Assembly: GCA_951406725.2 (NCBI GenBank)
Contig: OX597816.1
Location: 14,384,001 to 14,448,000, forward strand
Reading direction: 5' to 3'
DNA from: Octopus vulgaris
Lineage: Eukaryota
DNA: 64,000 bases
Part shown: piece after piece, positions 52,167 to 64,000 of the stretch
How positions within the stretch are numbered: position 1 is the stretch's first letter
Layout of the letters: each line of letters starts with the position of its first letter
Program-made: the position numbers and the translations under genes
The notes under the pieces: model-generated
Database searches by the model: none
What the model saw: only the letters and a program-made list of their open reading frames with translations
What the model was told of the DNA's origin: nothing

Positions 52167-53672
52167 TTTTTCTTGCACTTAGCATTTTGAGTTCAAATCA
52201 CGCTGTGGTCCACATAGCTTTTTGTCTCTCCGGGTTCAGTAAAATAAACCAGCTGTGAAACACTGGAGGCCAATTTTTCTATTTCTATAAAGCTTCTCTT
52301 AGATGTGACTGAAATTATAATGGAAGAGGATTGATTATAGCTTTCTCTTAAATGAAGCAAATGGTTTGAAGCTTAATTAAAACATTTCAAAGATCAAAAA
52401 CAGACCTCTGAACTGAAACTAAATTACGTAATTTTGATTTAATTAGTATTATTATTACTTGTAGTTTTAGTAATTCTATTAAGGATCGAAATGAACTTAG
52501 TACGATGTGATATTATTTCAATTTTTATTATTATGGGATGGCATGATGTGTGGGGAACTATGCTTTCTTATCTCAAGATAAGGCCACACAATGCATTCTT
52601 TGATTTTAAAAACTCTGATGTTTTCGCTCACAAAAACAACAACTGCAAAAACAACACTTATACAGACCCACCGTTTGCTTGATTTGTTTTCTTTTTTTTT
52701 TCGTTTTTTTTTCGTTTTATTTTACGGTTTATCTATTAATTGTTTTTTTTCGTTCCTTTTTTTCCCTGTTTTTCTGTTAAGCTATTTCTATATATTACTA
52801 CATTCTATGTTTTTCAATTAATAATGAACTTAGAAAAGATATGCACACATACATACATACATACATACATACATACATACATACATACACATAGATATGT
52901 GCATATATATATATGTATATATATATATGTGTGTGTATATATATATATCCATGTACATATATATCTCTATACATACATAAATATACATATAAATATACAT
53001 ATATTTATACCTTCCACATTTATATATATATATTCTTTCATACATATTTATATATATATATATATATATATACGTGTGTGGGTATGTGCACGCGTGTACC
53101 CGTATGCATGTTTGCACACATAATCTATTAAAAACACACGCAATTATTCAAGCGTTCTTAAACAATTTACAAATTATGTTTCGTACCTGAAATAGCGTTT
53201 AGAAATGCATATACGTAAGCAGCTGTGACTCATGTATTAATGCACTCATACATATAGAAAATATACATACATACACACACACATACACCTACACACACAC
53301 ATTCATACACATACATACATACACACATACATACATACACTCACCAATATATACCCATAAATTTGAATACTAAGTAAGCATACGTATTACTCAACATACC
53401 ATTCGCTATGAAACTGAGAGAGAGAAAGAGAGTTGTATATATCCATACATATATATGACAGGGAGATGCAGCTGCTATCGCCGTCAGACGTCAGTTACCG
53501 AGGAGTCACACCATGGCGAAATTACGTGATCTCGCTTTTCTAACCGTCGTAGCAGACGATACTCGTCTGTGAACGATATAACTACTAGTGTTTTTATGCA
53601 CTGCGAGTCTCTGTCTGTCTGTCTGTCACCCTCTCTCTCTGCCTCTTTCTCTCTCAACCTCTTTCTCTCTCA

Positions 53673-53721
<49 letters not shown>

Positions 53722-54051
53722 AGCATGTACACGCTCATATAGATGCATATAATGAGAACCACCTACACATAAATGTATGTAAAAAAGATTACACGCATGC
53801 AGTCATATTTACACATTAACTACTAATGATTCTTTAAAAGGGCATATCTTAAATGGAATCATTCTTGCTTCATCAGGTTATTCGTTTCATCCTTTCGGGG
53901 TCGACAAATTAAGTACCACTTGTGTACTGAGGTCGATCTAATCGACTGGCAACATCCCCAAATATTTCGGACCTTGTGCCTAGAAGAACAAATTACTATA
54001 CATACACACACACACATACCTACCTACCTACCTACATACATACATACATAC

Positions 54052-54121
<70 letters not shown>

Positions 54122-54125
<4 letters not shown>

Positions 54126-54305
54126 AGGGGGTGAGAATTCACAAAAAAAAAGACGGAGACAGGTGGTATAGACAACAGATGTATTAGTATAGAAAGGAAC
54201 ACAGAAAGAAACAAGGAAAGAAAATAAAGAATGTGTAGTGGCTAGCGATCTATCATGGCGAATGCCGGACAGAAGGGTCACACAGGAGAGCTAGGGAGAA
54301 GGGGA
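54122..54305 (-). mobile_element. Penelope-like terminal repeat copy lacking the hammerhead segment
   Basis: Matches 16705-16910 on both sides of a deletion (gtattagtata|gaaaggaacac). Confidence 0.65.
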
Positions 54306-54316
54306 TATATATATAC

Positions 54317-54365
<49 letters not shown>

Positions 54366-54653
54366 TAAAGGTTATTTCTAGTTGTTTAGGAAAACAGCAC
54401 GTTCGTATTAAGCAATACATGGCAGTTTGAATTTGTTGTATGTAATAAGGTGAAATATGTTTATATAAGTTCGTTCTACGTTATGAAAGTACTTTTAGTA
54501 TCTTCGTATTTCACCCAAATATTTTCATACTTCTGCGTTCGATAAAAGAACGTAGCACTCATTTATTAGGTTCGATTTAATCGATCATACCAGCCCACAA
54601 TATGTATTTCCTTTTTTAAAATCCACATGTTAGGAGTATTAGAATGTTGGGAA

Positions 54654-55276
54654 AAGGCGGTGAGCTGGCAGAATCGTTAGCACGCCGGGCGAAATGCTTA
54701 GCAGTATTTCGTCTGTCGTTACGTTCTGAGTTCAAATTCCGCCGAGGTCGACTTTGCCTTTCATGCCTTTCGGGGTCGATAAAGTTAAGCACCAGTTACG
54801 CACTGGGGTCTATGTAATCGACGTAATCCGTTTGTCTGTCCTTGTTTGTCCCCTCTAAGTTTAGCCCCTTGTGGGTAGTAAAGAAATAGGTATTATTTCG
54901 TTTGTCTTTATGTTCTGAGTTCAAATTCCGCCGAGGTCGACTTTGCCTTTCATGCTTTCGGGGTTGATAAATTAAGTACCAGTTACGCACTGGGGTCGAT
55001 ATAATCGACTTAATCTCGTTGTCTGTCCTTGTTTGTCCCCTCTATGTTTAGCCCCCTGTGGGCAATAAAGCAATAAGAAACGTTAGCACGCCGGGCGAAA
55101 TGTTTATCGGTATTTCGTCTGTCTTTATGTTCTCAGTTCAAATTCCACCGAGGTCGACTTTGCCTTTCATCCTTTCGGGGTCGATAAATTTAGTACCGGA
55201 TGCGTACTGGGGTCGATCTAATCGCCTGGCCCGCTATTCCCCCAAAATTTCAGGCCTTGTGCCTATAGTAGAAACG
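54654..55276 (+). mobile_element. SINE B trimer inside one TSD
   Basis: Three core units; TSD attagaatgttgggaa (54638-54653) / attagaatgtttgggaa (55277-55293). Confidence 0.85.
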
Positions 55277-56011
55277 ATTAGAATGTTTGGGAATCTAAAT
55301 ATACTCTTATTTTGAATCCCCCGAGGAATTCTACTTTAATACATTTGTGCATGGCCTAGTGGTTAATATTGTACTGCACCCTTGAGCAAGGTACTTCTTC
55401 TACACGTTGCTCTAATCTAAGTATCAGAAAAGGAGTACCAGCAGCAGCAGCAGCAGTAACAACAGAATTTCGCTGTGCTTTGAACTGGTGTTACTCCCAG
55501 CGATTGTCTTGCCTTCGCAATCACTTAAATGCATTGGAAGTTGAGATAAGAGCACCAACTTAATGAGCCTTTATGTTCGAATGTGTGTGAGTGAGTGGGT
55601 ATGTGTGCGTGTGCGTGTATTACATATCTCTGCTTATATAGAGTACCACACACACGCGCACATACTCGTGTACGTATGTAAGTATGTATGTATACAGTGA
55701 TAAGAAAAACGGAAACGTCAGATATACGTATGAGCTACAAGAAGACAAGAAGCTTTACTTCTATGTTTTCTGCCTGAAGCATGAGATATTTCTCTCCCCG
55801 TCATCCACGCAACCACACTTCATTCTTTTTTGGTTCTATAGTGAGCCATATAAATTTATATAAACAGTAATCTGCAAGGAACATGTCTTATCGTTTGCTT
55901 TCAAAGACAAAAGCAGGATTATATTCTAGATTTTTAGAAAAGATCGACAGAAACATTCACGAAAACAGGCGTAAAACGAAATTGGTGCAGAAGCTATTAG
56001 CTTAACTTAAC

Positions 56012-56300
56012 CAAATTCCGCCAAGGTCGACTTTGCCTTTCATCCTTTCGGGGTCGATAAATTAAGTACCAGCTACGAACTGGAGTCGATGTAATCGACA
56101 ATCCGTTTGTCCGTCCTTGTTTGTCCTTTCTGTGTTTAGCCCCTTGTGGGTAGTAAAGAAATAGGTATTTCGTCTGCCACTACATTCTGAGTTCAAATTC
56201 CGCCGAGGTCAACTTTTGCTTTTCATCCTTTAGGGGTCAATAAATTAAGTACCAGTTGCCTAAAGACTTTGGGCCTTGTTCCTAGAATAGAAAAGAATAT
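56012..56300 (+). mobile_element. 5'-truncated SINE B dimer
   Basis: Two core units, ends in tail 2. Confidence 0.8.
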
Positions 56301-57094
56301 TTATAGAAAATGTTGTAGGATTCAATACGTGAAACCAGCAGGTAGCTGAAGATTCTTAAGCCTTTGAATATACACCTGTACAATATATTTTTTTAAGGAT
56401 TTTTTGTCGAATGATGGAAAATAATATTTTTATATCTTATAATACAAAAGAAGCATCAATGTTCCATTATTATAAATTCACCGTGGAATGTAAATATATC
56501 TTTTTCTAATCGCAAGTCTTACAAAATTAATTTTAATCATATGTATCACTTAGGATACATGTCCAAATAAACCAAAGTTATAGATCATCACCACCACCAC
56601 CCAAACTACAACATATGAATAGAATGTTAAATAACTTATTTATTTTGTTGTCAAATAAATTTGTTCGTTTCCTTCTATTTGCTACTCAGTCGTTCGTTAC
56701 ACGTCAGAAAAGAAATAAAAATTATTCAAATTTCAAAAATGATAAATAGAAGTTATAGAGAAATAATAGAGCTAAAAAATAAAGAATAACAGAATAAAAA
56801 AACCATTATGTTAAAAATATTTTCGGCATTAATTCAGATAACACTGGAAGGGATTAAAATGAATGGAGAAAGACAAAAAACAAATTTATCTCACAACTCA
56901 AAACATACGAATGATATTGTTCTCGGCATCAAGGTAACGTGTTCGAATAGACCAGAATATTCAAATTAAAGGAATTCTATTGAATTTTTAACAATGGAAC
57001 ATATTTCGAAAGGTTTTTAATAAATCTGTATCGAAATAATAGAAGCCCTGCTAAATATACTTGTATGTAGATATCAAAGAAATATTTTGAAAGG

Positions 57095-57654
57095 AAAGCT
57101 GACAGAATCGAGAGAACGTTGGGAAAATGCCTTGCTGTATTTGATCTGGTTGTTTACATTCCCAATTCAAATCCTGTTGGGGTTAACTTCGAATTTCATC
57201 CATCCAGAGTCGATGAAATAAAGAACCAATCACGCATTGACAGTTCATTCAAAGCTGCCGCATTATGCCCCAGTTAAAAATGACTTATTGTTATTTAGAG
57301 CGATGAGCTGGAAGAGTGGTAAGAACGTCAGAAAAATATTTTATTTTTCCAGCTCTACGTTCTGAGTTAAAAATCTACCGAGATCAGCTTTGCCTTTCAT
57401 CCTCTTGATGTCGTTGAAATAAAGTACCAGTCAAGTACTAGGATCATTGTAATCAACGAACTTTCTAACCGTAAAATTACTTGTCATGTGCCAAAATTGT
57501 AAAACAGGCGGCGAGCTGGTAGGATGGTTAAGACACCGGACAAAACGGTTACCGATATTTCATCCGGCTTTACGTTCTGAGTTCACATGCTGCTGAGGTC
57601 GGCTTTGCTTTTTATCCTTTCGAGGTTAATAAAACAGCACCACTTAAGAACTGG

Positions 57655-57655
<1 letters not shown>
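57095..57655 (+). mobile_element. Cluster of three decayed SINE B-like copies
   Basis: Degenerate tacgttctgagtt...ctttgcctttcatcct motifs. Confidence 0.6.
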
Positions 57656-57685
<30 letters not shown>

Positions 57686-58499
57686 CGTTTAGAAGTAGAG
57701 ATGACAGATTCTAAAATGCAGGAAAGAAAATAATCATGTAACATAAATGCAATACATATATACATCTAGTGTATGCCATAAAATAAGTTATATGCCGAAA
57801 GAGAACTGTTACGGCAGCTTGGATATTCAAGAAATGCCATGCAGAAAAACGAAAGTAAAAAATACAAGATAATAACGTGTCAAAGGAAGATTACATGTCT
57901 GAGTTAAGCTTATTATTCTGTCAGAAAAAAAAAAGTTTATAACGAAACACGCTTGAAGAATAACAAGCACATTATTTCTGAGAGATATTTTTGATGAAGA
58001 CGACATTAATAGTTAAAAGACACACTTGCAGTTAATACAGAAATAATCGAGAAAGTATAATTCTAAAAGTAATTTATTGTAGTGTTACAGTCCGTGTATT
58101 GATCCAGTACTTTTATTTCAATAATAGTATATATTTTAATCTCTGTTATAATACTTCTCGTAGCGTCTGTTATAATACTTCTGACAGCGTCTGTTATTCG
58201 CTATCAAAGTGTTATACGAACTTAATTCATTGTACATCAAAGCGGAATTTATGGATTTAGGTAATTAATCCTTTTGACTTTCAAGTATTTCACAAGAAAT
58301 ATTCAAATACAGATTAATATTTGGTGAAGGAAATCAAAATTTTAAATCTAAAGATGTTATTATTCTTATTTGTTTCTTTACCAAAAGCCATGTAACTACG
58401 GGAAACCGTTAGTGTCGGAACAAATACCCAGTGATTCCAATGTTTTTTTCTATCCATACTACAAATGTTAATTTCCCACAACTTTTAGTTTGTATTCAT

Positions 58500-58870
58500 G
58501 TAATGGAAGCACTCCGTCGGTTACGACGACGAGGGTTCCAGTTGAGCCTGCTCGTGAAATTAACGTGTAAGTGGCTGAGCACTCCACAGACACGTGTACC
58601 CCTAACGTAGTTCTCGGGGATATTCAGCGTGTCACAGAGAGTGACAAGGCCGGCCCTTTGAAATACAGGTACAACAGAAACAGGAAGTAAGAGTGAGAGA
58701 AAGTTGTGGTGAAAGAGTACAGCAGGGATCACCACCATCCCCTGCCGGAGCATCGTGGAGCTTTTCGGTGTTTTCGCTCAATAAACACTCACAACGCCCG
58801 GTCTAGGAATCGAAACCGCGATCCTATGACCGCGAGTTCGCTGCCCTAACCACTGGGCCATTGCGCCTCC
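58500..58870 (-). mobile_element. SINE with family E head and D tail
   Basis: 11 bp TSD tttgtattcat at 58489-58499 and 58871-58881. Confidence 0.9.
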
Positions 58871-59141
58871 TTTGTATTCATACATACTACTTTATAATGT
58901 AAGTACAAGGTAAGAAAAAGTTTGGAATAGAGATGTTGTCTACGGTAGTGTCCCCATTACATGGCTGCTACCAATTTCATTGGTCTTGAAAGTATGGATG
59001 AGGCAAAGGCAGTCTTGAGAAAATTTGAAATCAGGAAGTGGTTAAATATCGCAAGGAATTCTAGACTTTGTTATACACAGTATATCCTCAGCTAGGTTTG
59101 TAACTAGGCATAACTAGGTCGTATCTCTCAATCGAAATATA

Positions 59142-59558
59142 TATTTCTTTATTGCCCACAAGGGGTTAAACATGGAGGGGACAAACAAGGACAGACAAAG
59201 GGATTAAGTCGATTACATCGACCCCAGTTCGAAACTGGTACTTTATGTTTCGACCCCGAAAGGATGAAAGGCAAAGTCAACCTCGGCGGAATTTGAACTC
59301 AGAACGTAACGGCAGACGAAATACCTATTTCTTTACTACCCACAAGGGGCTAAAATAGAGGAGACAAACAAGGACAGACAAACGGATTAAGTCGATTACA
59401 TCGACCCCAGTGCATAACTGGTACTTAATTTATCGACCCCGAAAGGATGAAAGGCAAAGTCGACCTCGGCGGAATTTGAACTCAGAACGTGACGACAGAC
59501 GAAATACTACTAAGCATTTCGCCCGGCGCGCTAACGTTTCTGCCAGCTCGCCGCCTTA
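59142..59558 (-). mobile_element. SINE B dimer flanked by a 75 bp direct repeat
   Basis: Flanks 59067-59141 and 59559-59633. Confidence 0.9.
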
Positions 59559-60584
59559 TTTGTTATACACAGTATATCCGCAGCTACGTTCGTAACTAGA
59601 CATAACTAGGTCGTATCTCTCAATCGAAATATAACCTGAAAGGATCATGCAGCGTGGCTTCTTTCCTGTTCTAGTCGCCCGTAGAGTCATGAGAAGATAA
59701 AGGCACAATCTCAAAGTCGCGCATTCTACATACTGTGGAGAGGACGAATAGGGCTGCATCCCAGTACTTGAACTGGTAATTTATTTTATCGACTCGGAAA
59801 GACACACAACAAAGCTAACATCTTTCCAGGGTATTCGAACTCAGAATGTAGAGAGCTGGAACAAATACCGCAAGGTACTTTCTGTTGTCATTTCTAATAA
59901 TCCCTTCAATCCGCTGCCCTTCACTGACTTTTAATGTTATCGACCTTGAAAAGGTGACAGCAAAGTCAACTTCGGCAGGATTTGAATTCTAAACGTAAAA
60001 AGCCGAAACAAATACTGTAATATATTTTTATTCGTTGCTTTAACAATTCTGCCCTACACCGTTTTAATTCTAAGAAACATTAGCATTAGACTAGCAGAAA
60101 CAAAAGTAATGTTTGAAGGTCTTCATACGTATTGGCTTGCTTCATTTCGAGGATGCAGGCTTTTGAAGAAAAATATTAATGCTTCTTTGTGTATTGCGAC
60201 TATTTAGCAATGTTTAGCTATTACACGTATTACATATCATTTTCGCTAACATGTTCGGTCTATTTTCGACTAGATATACCGCATTATGTAATAGTATCTG
60301 TCTTAAGACATTACAGTTAATAGAAATTGCAATTGCTCTGTAAACATAAACGGAAAACAACTCAAGAAAACTGAGCCAAGTGGGAAGTCATTACATAGTT
60401 GCCTGATCTATAAACAGCTTTTTTTCTCTCATATCGTAGTGTGTCGTCTTACAGAGGGAAGTGGAGGAAATGAAATAAAAAAAACAGACTAAATGGCCAT
60501 AGCTGGAATGTCGTTGACCATAGCTCTACTTGATTGGGGAAGTACTGACTGTCTTGAGAACAAAAACATTAAAACACCAAAGTA

Positions 60585-61085
60585 CAGGGTGACCCCCACC
60601 ACCACCACCACCACCAAAAAAAAAAAATCCAAAAAACAGGACCCATAAAAATTTTATTAAATCCTACAAAGGTCCAGTCAATTTCTGGAAATTTGCTGGA
60701 TTTAAACTTCGGTCTGTGTACGATTATTCCCTTTGCATAAAAATCATGTTCTTTTCAAAATATGCTCCAAATGGCATACGTTGTGCAAAATTGTCAATTA
60801 CTCAAACACATTCCTCTTTGGGGATTTCCCTGACTTCTGCTGTGATTTCTGCCTTAAGTTCACCAATCGTTTGAGGGTTGTTCTGGTAAATATTATCCTT
60901 GAAATACTCCCACAAATAAAAATCTGGTGGGGTTCAAGTCCAGTGAATGCGGTGCCCACTCAACGTCACACTTCCTGTTAATCATTCTCTCCTGAAATCG
61001 CTCTCTCAGTCAGGCTAGGGAGTTATCTGATGCGTGGAGGTGTGGGGCCCGCCTTGCTGGAGCCACTGTTCATCCCGATCTATTC
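60585..61085 (-). mobile_element. Tc1/mariner transposase pseudogene, 3' part with right end
   Basis: WLQQGGAPH...EWAPHSLDLNP/PDFYLWEYFKDNIYQNNPQTIGELKAEITAEVREIP; end TA-cagggtg. Confidence 0.85.
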
Positions 61086-61192
61086 CTCTGTGTCATTTTA
61101 TTCAAACAACTTTACTTAGAGATTTGTGGGTTCACTTTCTGGTGGGAGGAGCTCACCCTGTATGTATATTTGGCCTCACAGTTGGTTTAGAC

Positions 61193-61446
61193 TAGTGGTT
61201 TCCAACCGCTTTTTGCGTATGGACCCCTTTAATGCTTATTTTACTAAAATGAACCCTCACAGCCATATCATATCTGAAATCTCCTATCATATTTTTATGA
61301 TTAAATACTATTAGAAATCTTATTAACACATGTTTAAACGATTTATTTATTGTAAACATATAACCAGTTTCTTGCACATTAATTTTAGCGACAAACTCTA
61401 ATATGAACCCTTAAGGGTTAAATGGACCCAGATTAAGGACCACTAA
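61193..61446. mobile_element. hAT-like MITE
   Basis: Imperfect TIR tagtggtttccaac / gattaaggaccacta; ggacccc subterminal motifs. Confidence 0.55.
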
Positions 61447-61865
61447 TTTAAGCACTAGACACCTCACGTTTGAAACGTCTTCGTTATATCCCAATAAAAG
61501 AAACCATAGGAATACTTCTCCTGCTGTTACTCTGTTAGTGTCTGCATACAGTTGAATTAAATTTCGGCAATCGTTAACTTACATACTTTCCTTAAAGCCA
61601 CGAATGTCACGAATATTAAGCTCCCCCAGTGGAAATAGCTGAAAGCTTATAAATTAAGTTGCGCGTCTTCCTTTCACACACACACACACACACACACACG
61701 CACGCATGTATGTATAAATTTATATCTGTGTGTGTGTGTGCTGACTCGTGATGGGTACCTGTAAATTAATAAGAGAATAACCAGTGATTAACATTTTGGT
61801 GTGCCATCATTCGGACAGTCAAAGGATTTTAGGAGTTCTTTTTTTGTCACTAACAGTCCATAGTG

Positions 61866-62237
61866 TGCGTGGCACCTTGGGCAAGTGTCTTCTACTATAG
61901 CCTCGGAGCCGACCAAATCCTTGTGCGTGGATTTGGTAGACAAAAACTGAAAGAAGCCCGTCGTATATATGTATATATATATATATATATATGTATGTGT
62001 GCGTATCTGTTTGCATGTCTGTGTTTGTCCCCCCCCCCCCCCAACATCACTTGACAACCGATGCTGGTGTATTTACGTCCCCGTAAATTAGCGGTTCGGC
62101 AAAAGAAACCGATAGAATAAGTACTAGGCTTCCAAAGACTAAGTCCTGGGGTCGATTTGCTCGACTAGAGGCGGTGCTCCAGCATGGCCAGAGTCACATG
62201 ACTGAAACAAGTAAAAGAGTAAAAAAAGAGTAAAGAA
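61866..62237 (+). mobile_element. 5'-truncated SINE A
   Basis: Body and AAGTAAAAGAGT tail. Confidence 0.85.
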
Positions 62238-62596
62238 AATTAGTCAGAAGATTAAGAATAATCTTCTGTATCAGTCGAATCAAGGTATAAACTCGCTAAA
62301 TACTAAACTTGTGTCACAGCGAAAGAAAGGGACAAAGAGCTATCAACTTGTTAATAAACATCCAATGTAATTATTTCTTTAATAGCTTCAAATTTGAGCA
62401 GAAAATCAACAGGTTTAGGAGATGGGGTGAGGCGTTAGTCAATGAAGTCGACCTGCAGTACTCGGTTGATACTCATCTTAGAGATCTTGACAAGAGGAAT
62501 TGAACCCAGAATGTAAAGGGTCGGAAGAAATGCAGTTAAAATTCGACACGCTCACGATTGTGCTAGTCCGTTGCTCTATTTCTGTAACAACAAATA

Positions 62597-63176
62597 TTAG
62601 TCTCAAATTTTGGCACAAGGCCTGCAAGTTCGGAAAAGGGTGAAAATTCGATTACACCGTGACTAGTGTTCAGCTGGTACTTATTTTATCGATCTCGAAG
62701 GGTGAAAAACACAGGTGACCCCGGCGGAATTTGAACTCAGAACGTAAAGGCGGACAAAATACCTATTTCTTAACTACCCACAAGGGGCTAAACACAGAGA
62801 GGACAAACAAGGACAGGCAAAGGGATTAAGTCGATTATATCGACTCCAGTGTGTAACTGGTACTTATTTAATCAATCCCGAAAGGATGAAAGGCAAAGTC
62901 GACCTCGGTGGAATTTGAACTCAGAACGTAGCGGCAGACGAAATACCTATTTCTTTATTACCCACAAGGGGCTAAACACATAGAGGACAAACAAGGACAG
63001 ACAAAGGGATTAAGTCGATTATATCAACGCCAGTGCGTAACTGGTACTTAATTTATCGACCCCGAAAGAATGAAAGGCAAAGTCGACCTCGGCGGAATTT
63101 GAACTCAGAACGTAATGGCAGACGAAATACCGCTAAGCATTTTTCCCAGTGTGCTAACAGTTCTGCTGGTTTATCA
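62597..63176 (-). mobile_element. SINE B trimer ending in tail 2
   Basis: Three units of ~183 bp; decayed TSD-like ctctatttct on both sides. Confidence 0.85.
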
Positions 63177-63261
63177 CTCTATTTCTTTAATAAACATTAA
63201 TATCAGTTAAGTATTTGTTCAAAACAGGAGTGAACGTTTCAATAATACTTAAGCAGTGCTC

Positions 63262-63485
63262 TATAAGATTTATTAATAGTTCATATATTATTAATAAGAT
63301 TTATTAATGGTTCATGCATTATTAATACAATTTATTAATGGCTCATATATTATTTATAAGATTTATTAATGGTTCATATATTAATTAATAAGATTTATTA
63401 ATAGTTCATATATTGATTAATAAAATTTATTAATGGCTCATATATTATTAATAGGATTTATTAATGGTTCATATAATATTAATAA
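63262..63485. repeat. AT-rich minisatellite, ~30 bp unit, ~7 copies
   Basis: taataagatttattaatggttcatatatta. Confidence 0.9.
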
Positions 63486-64000
63486 GCAGAACTAATTTTT
63501 AAAACAGGCGTGCAATTATTTTACGATCTATAGTATATCATAGTATACATTAAAACTTTTCCCGAACTTTACTTTCTGTGACGTTAATCATGAAAGAGAG
63601 ATAAAACCTTATAGATCAGATGCTAATGTTACCGGTAACTGCTGCACACTCACAAAGCCACATAAAGCTCTGTTATCTTCCAACCGACTTGATAAACCGA
63701 AGAAAGTAGAATGAAGCCGCTTATGAAGCTAGTCAAAGAAATGCCTGAAGTTAGATGCCTTACTCACGTCCCATTAAATATTAGCCTGATATCTATGTTC
63801 ACACGGTTGTTTCAACTTCCAGAAATAGACAGGAAGTCAGAGGAAACAAAAGCGGAATGTATTTGATCAGAAAATATAAAGACTTACCTATCTTACATCT
63901 TACATCATGGATCAGGAGCCAGGAGCGTGATAAGCTCTCCATTCCCAGCAACAACATCTTCGTTGTTGGTGTTGTTATTGTTACTGTGGTTGTTGTTGTT

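Noticed and set aside
58141-58198. 24 bp tandem duplication
   Set aside because: About 2.3 copies; ordinary slippage
62597-63176. Regularly spaced repeats resembling a CRISPR array
   Set aside because: Intervening sequence is also repeated, no unique spacers or cas genes, eukaryotic context

Overview
Repeat-dense, AT-rich eukaryotic DNA. The SINE, R4/Dong, Penelope and MITE content and extreme microsatellite load resemble a coleoid cephalopod (Octopus-like) genome; this is an inference. Almost all ORFs in the supplied track are microsatellite artefacts. Three short + strand segments with splice signals and compatible phases (19147-19215, 49601-49709, 51640-51740) probably form the 3' end of one unidentified large-intron gene. 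The rest is interspersed repeats: several tRNA-headed SINE families (working labels A-E, my own names) that swap heads and tails; RTE, R4/Dong, Hero-like and Penelope fragments; and Tc1/mariner, hAT-like and piggyBac-like MITEs. Most notable: (1) a TSD-flanked tRNA-headed SINE whose tail holds a minimal type-I hammerhead ribozyme fold; (2) several hammerhead-like Penelope-type termini, two sharing a CUGUNGA core variant; (3) RLE retrotransposon ends stacked in (AAT)n arrays plus a separate family in (TACA)n arrays; (4) SINE B multimers, one enclosed by a single TSD. Boundaries were read by eye and are approximate unless a TSD or TIR is quoted.
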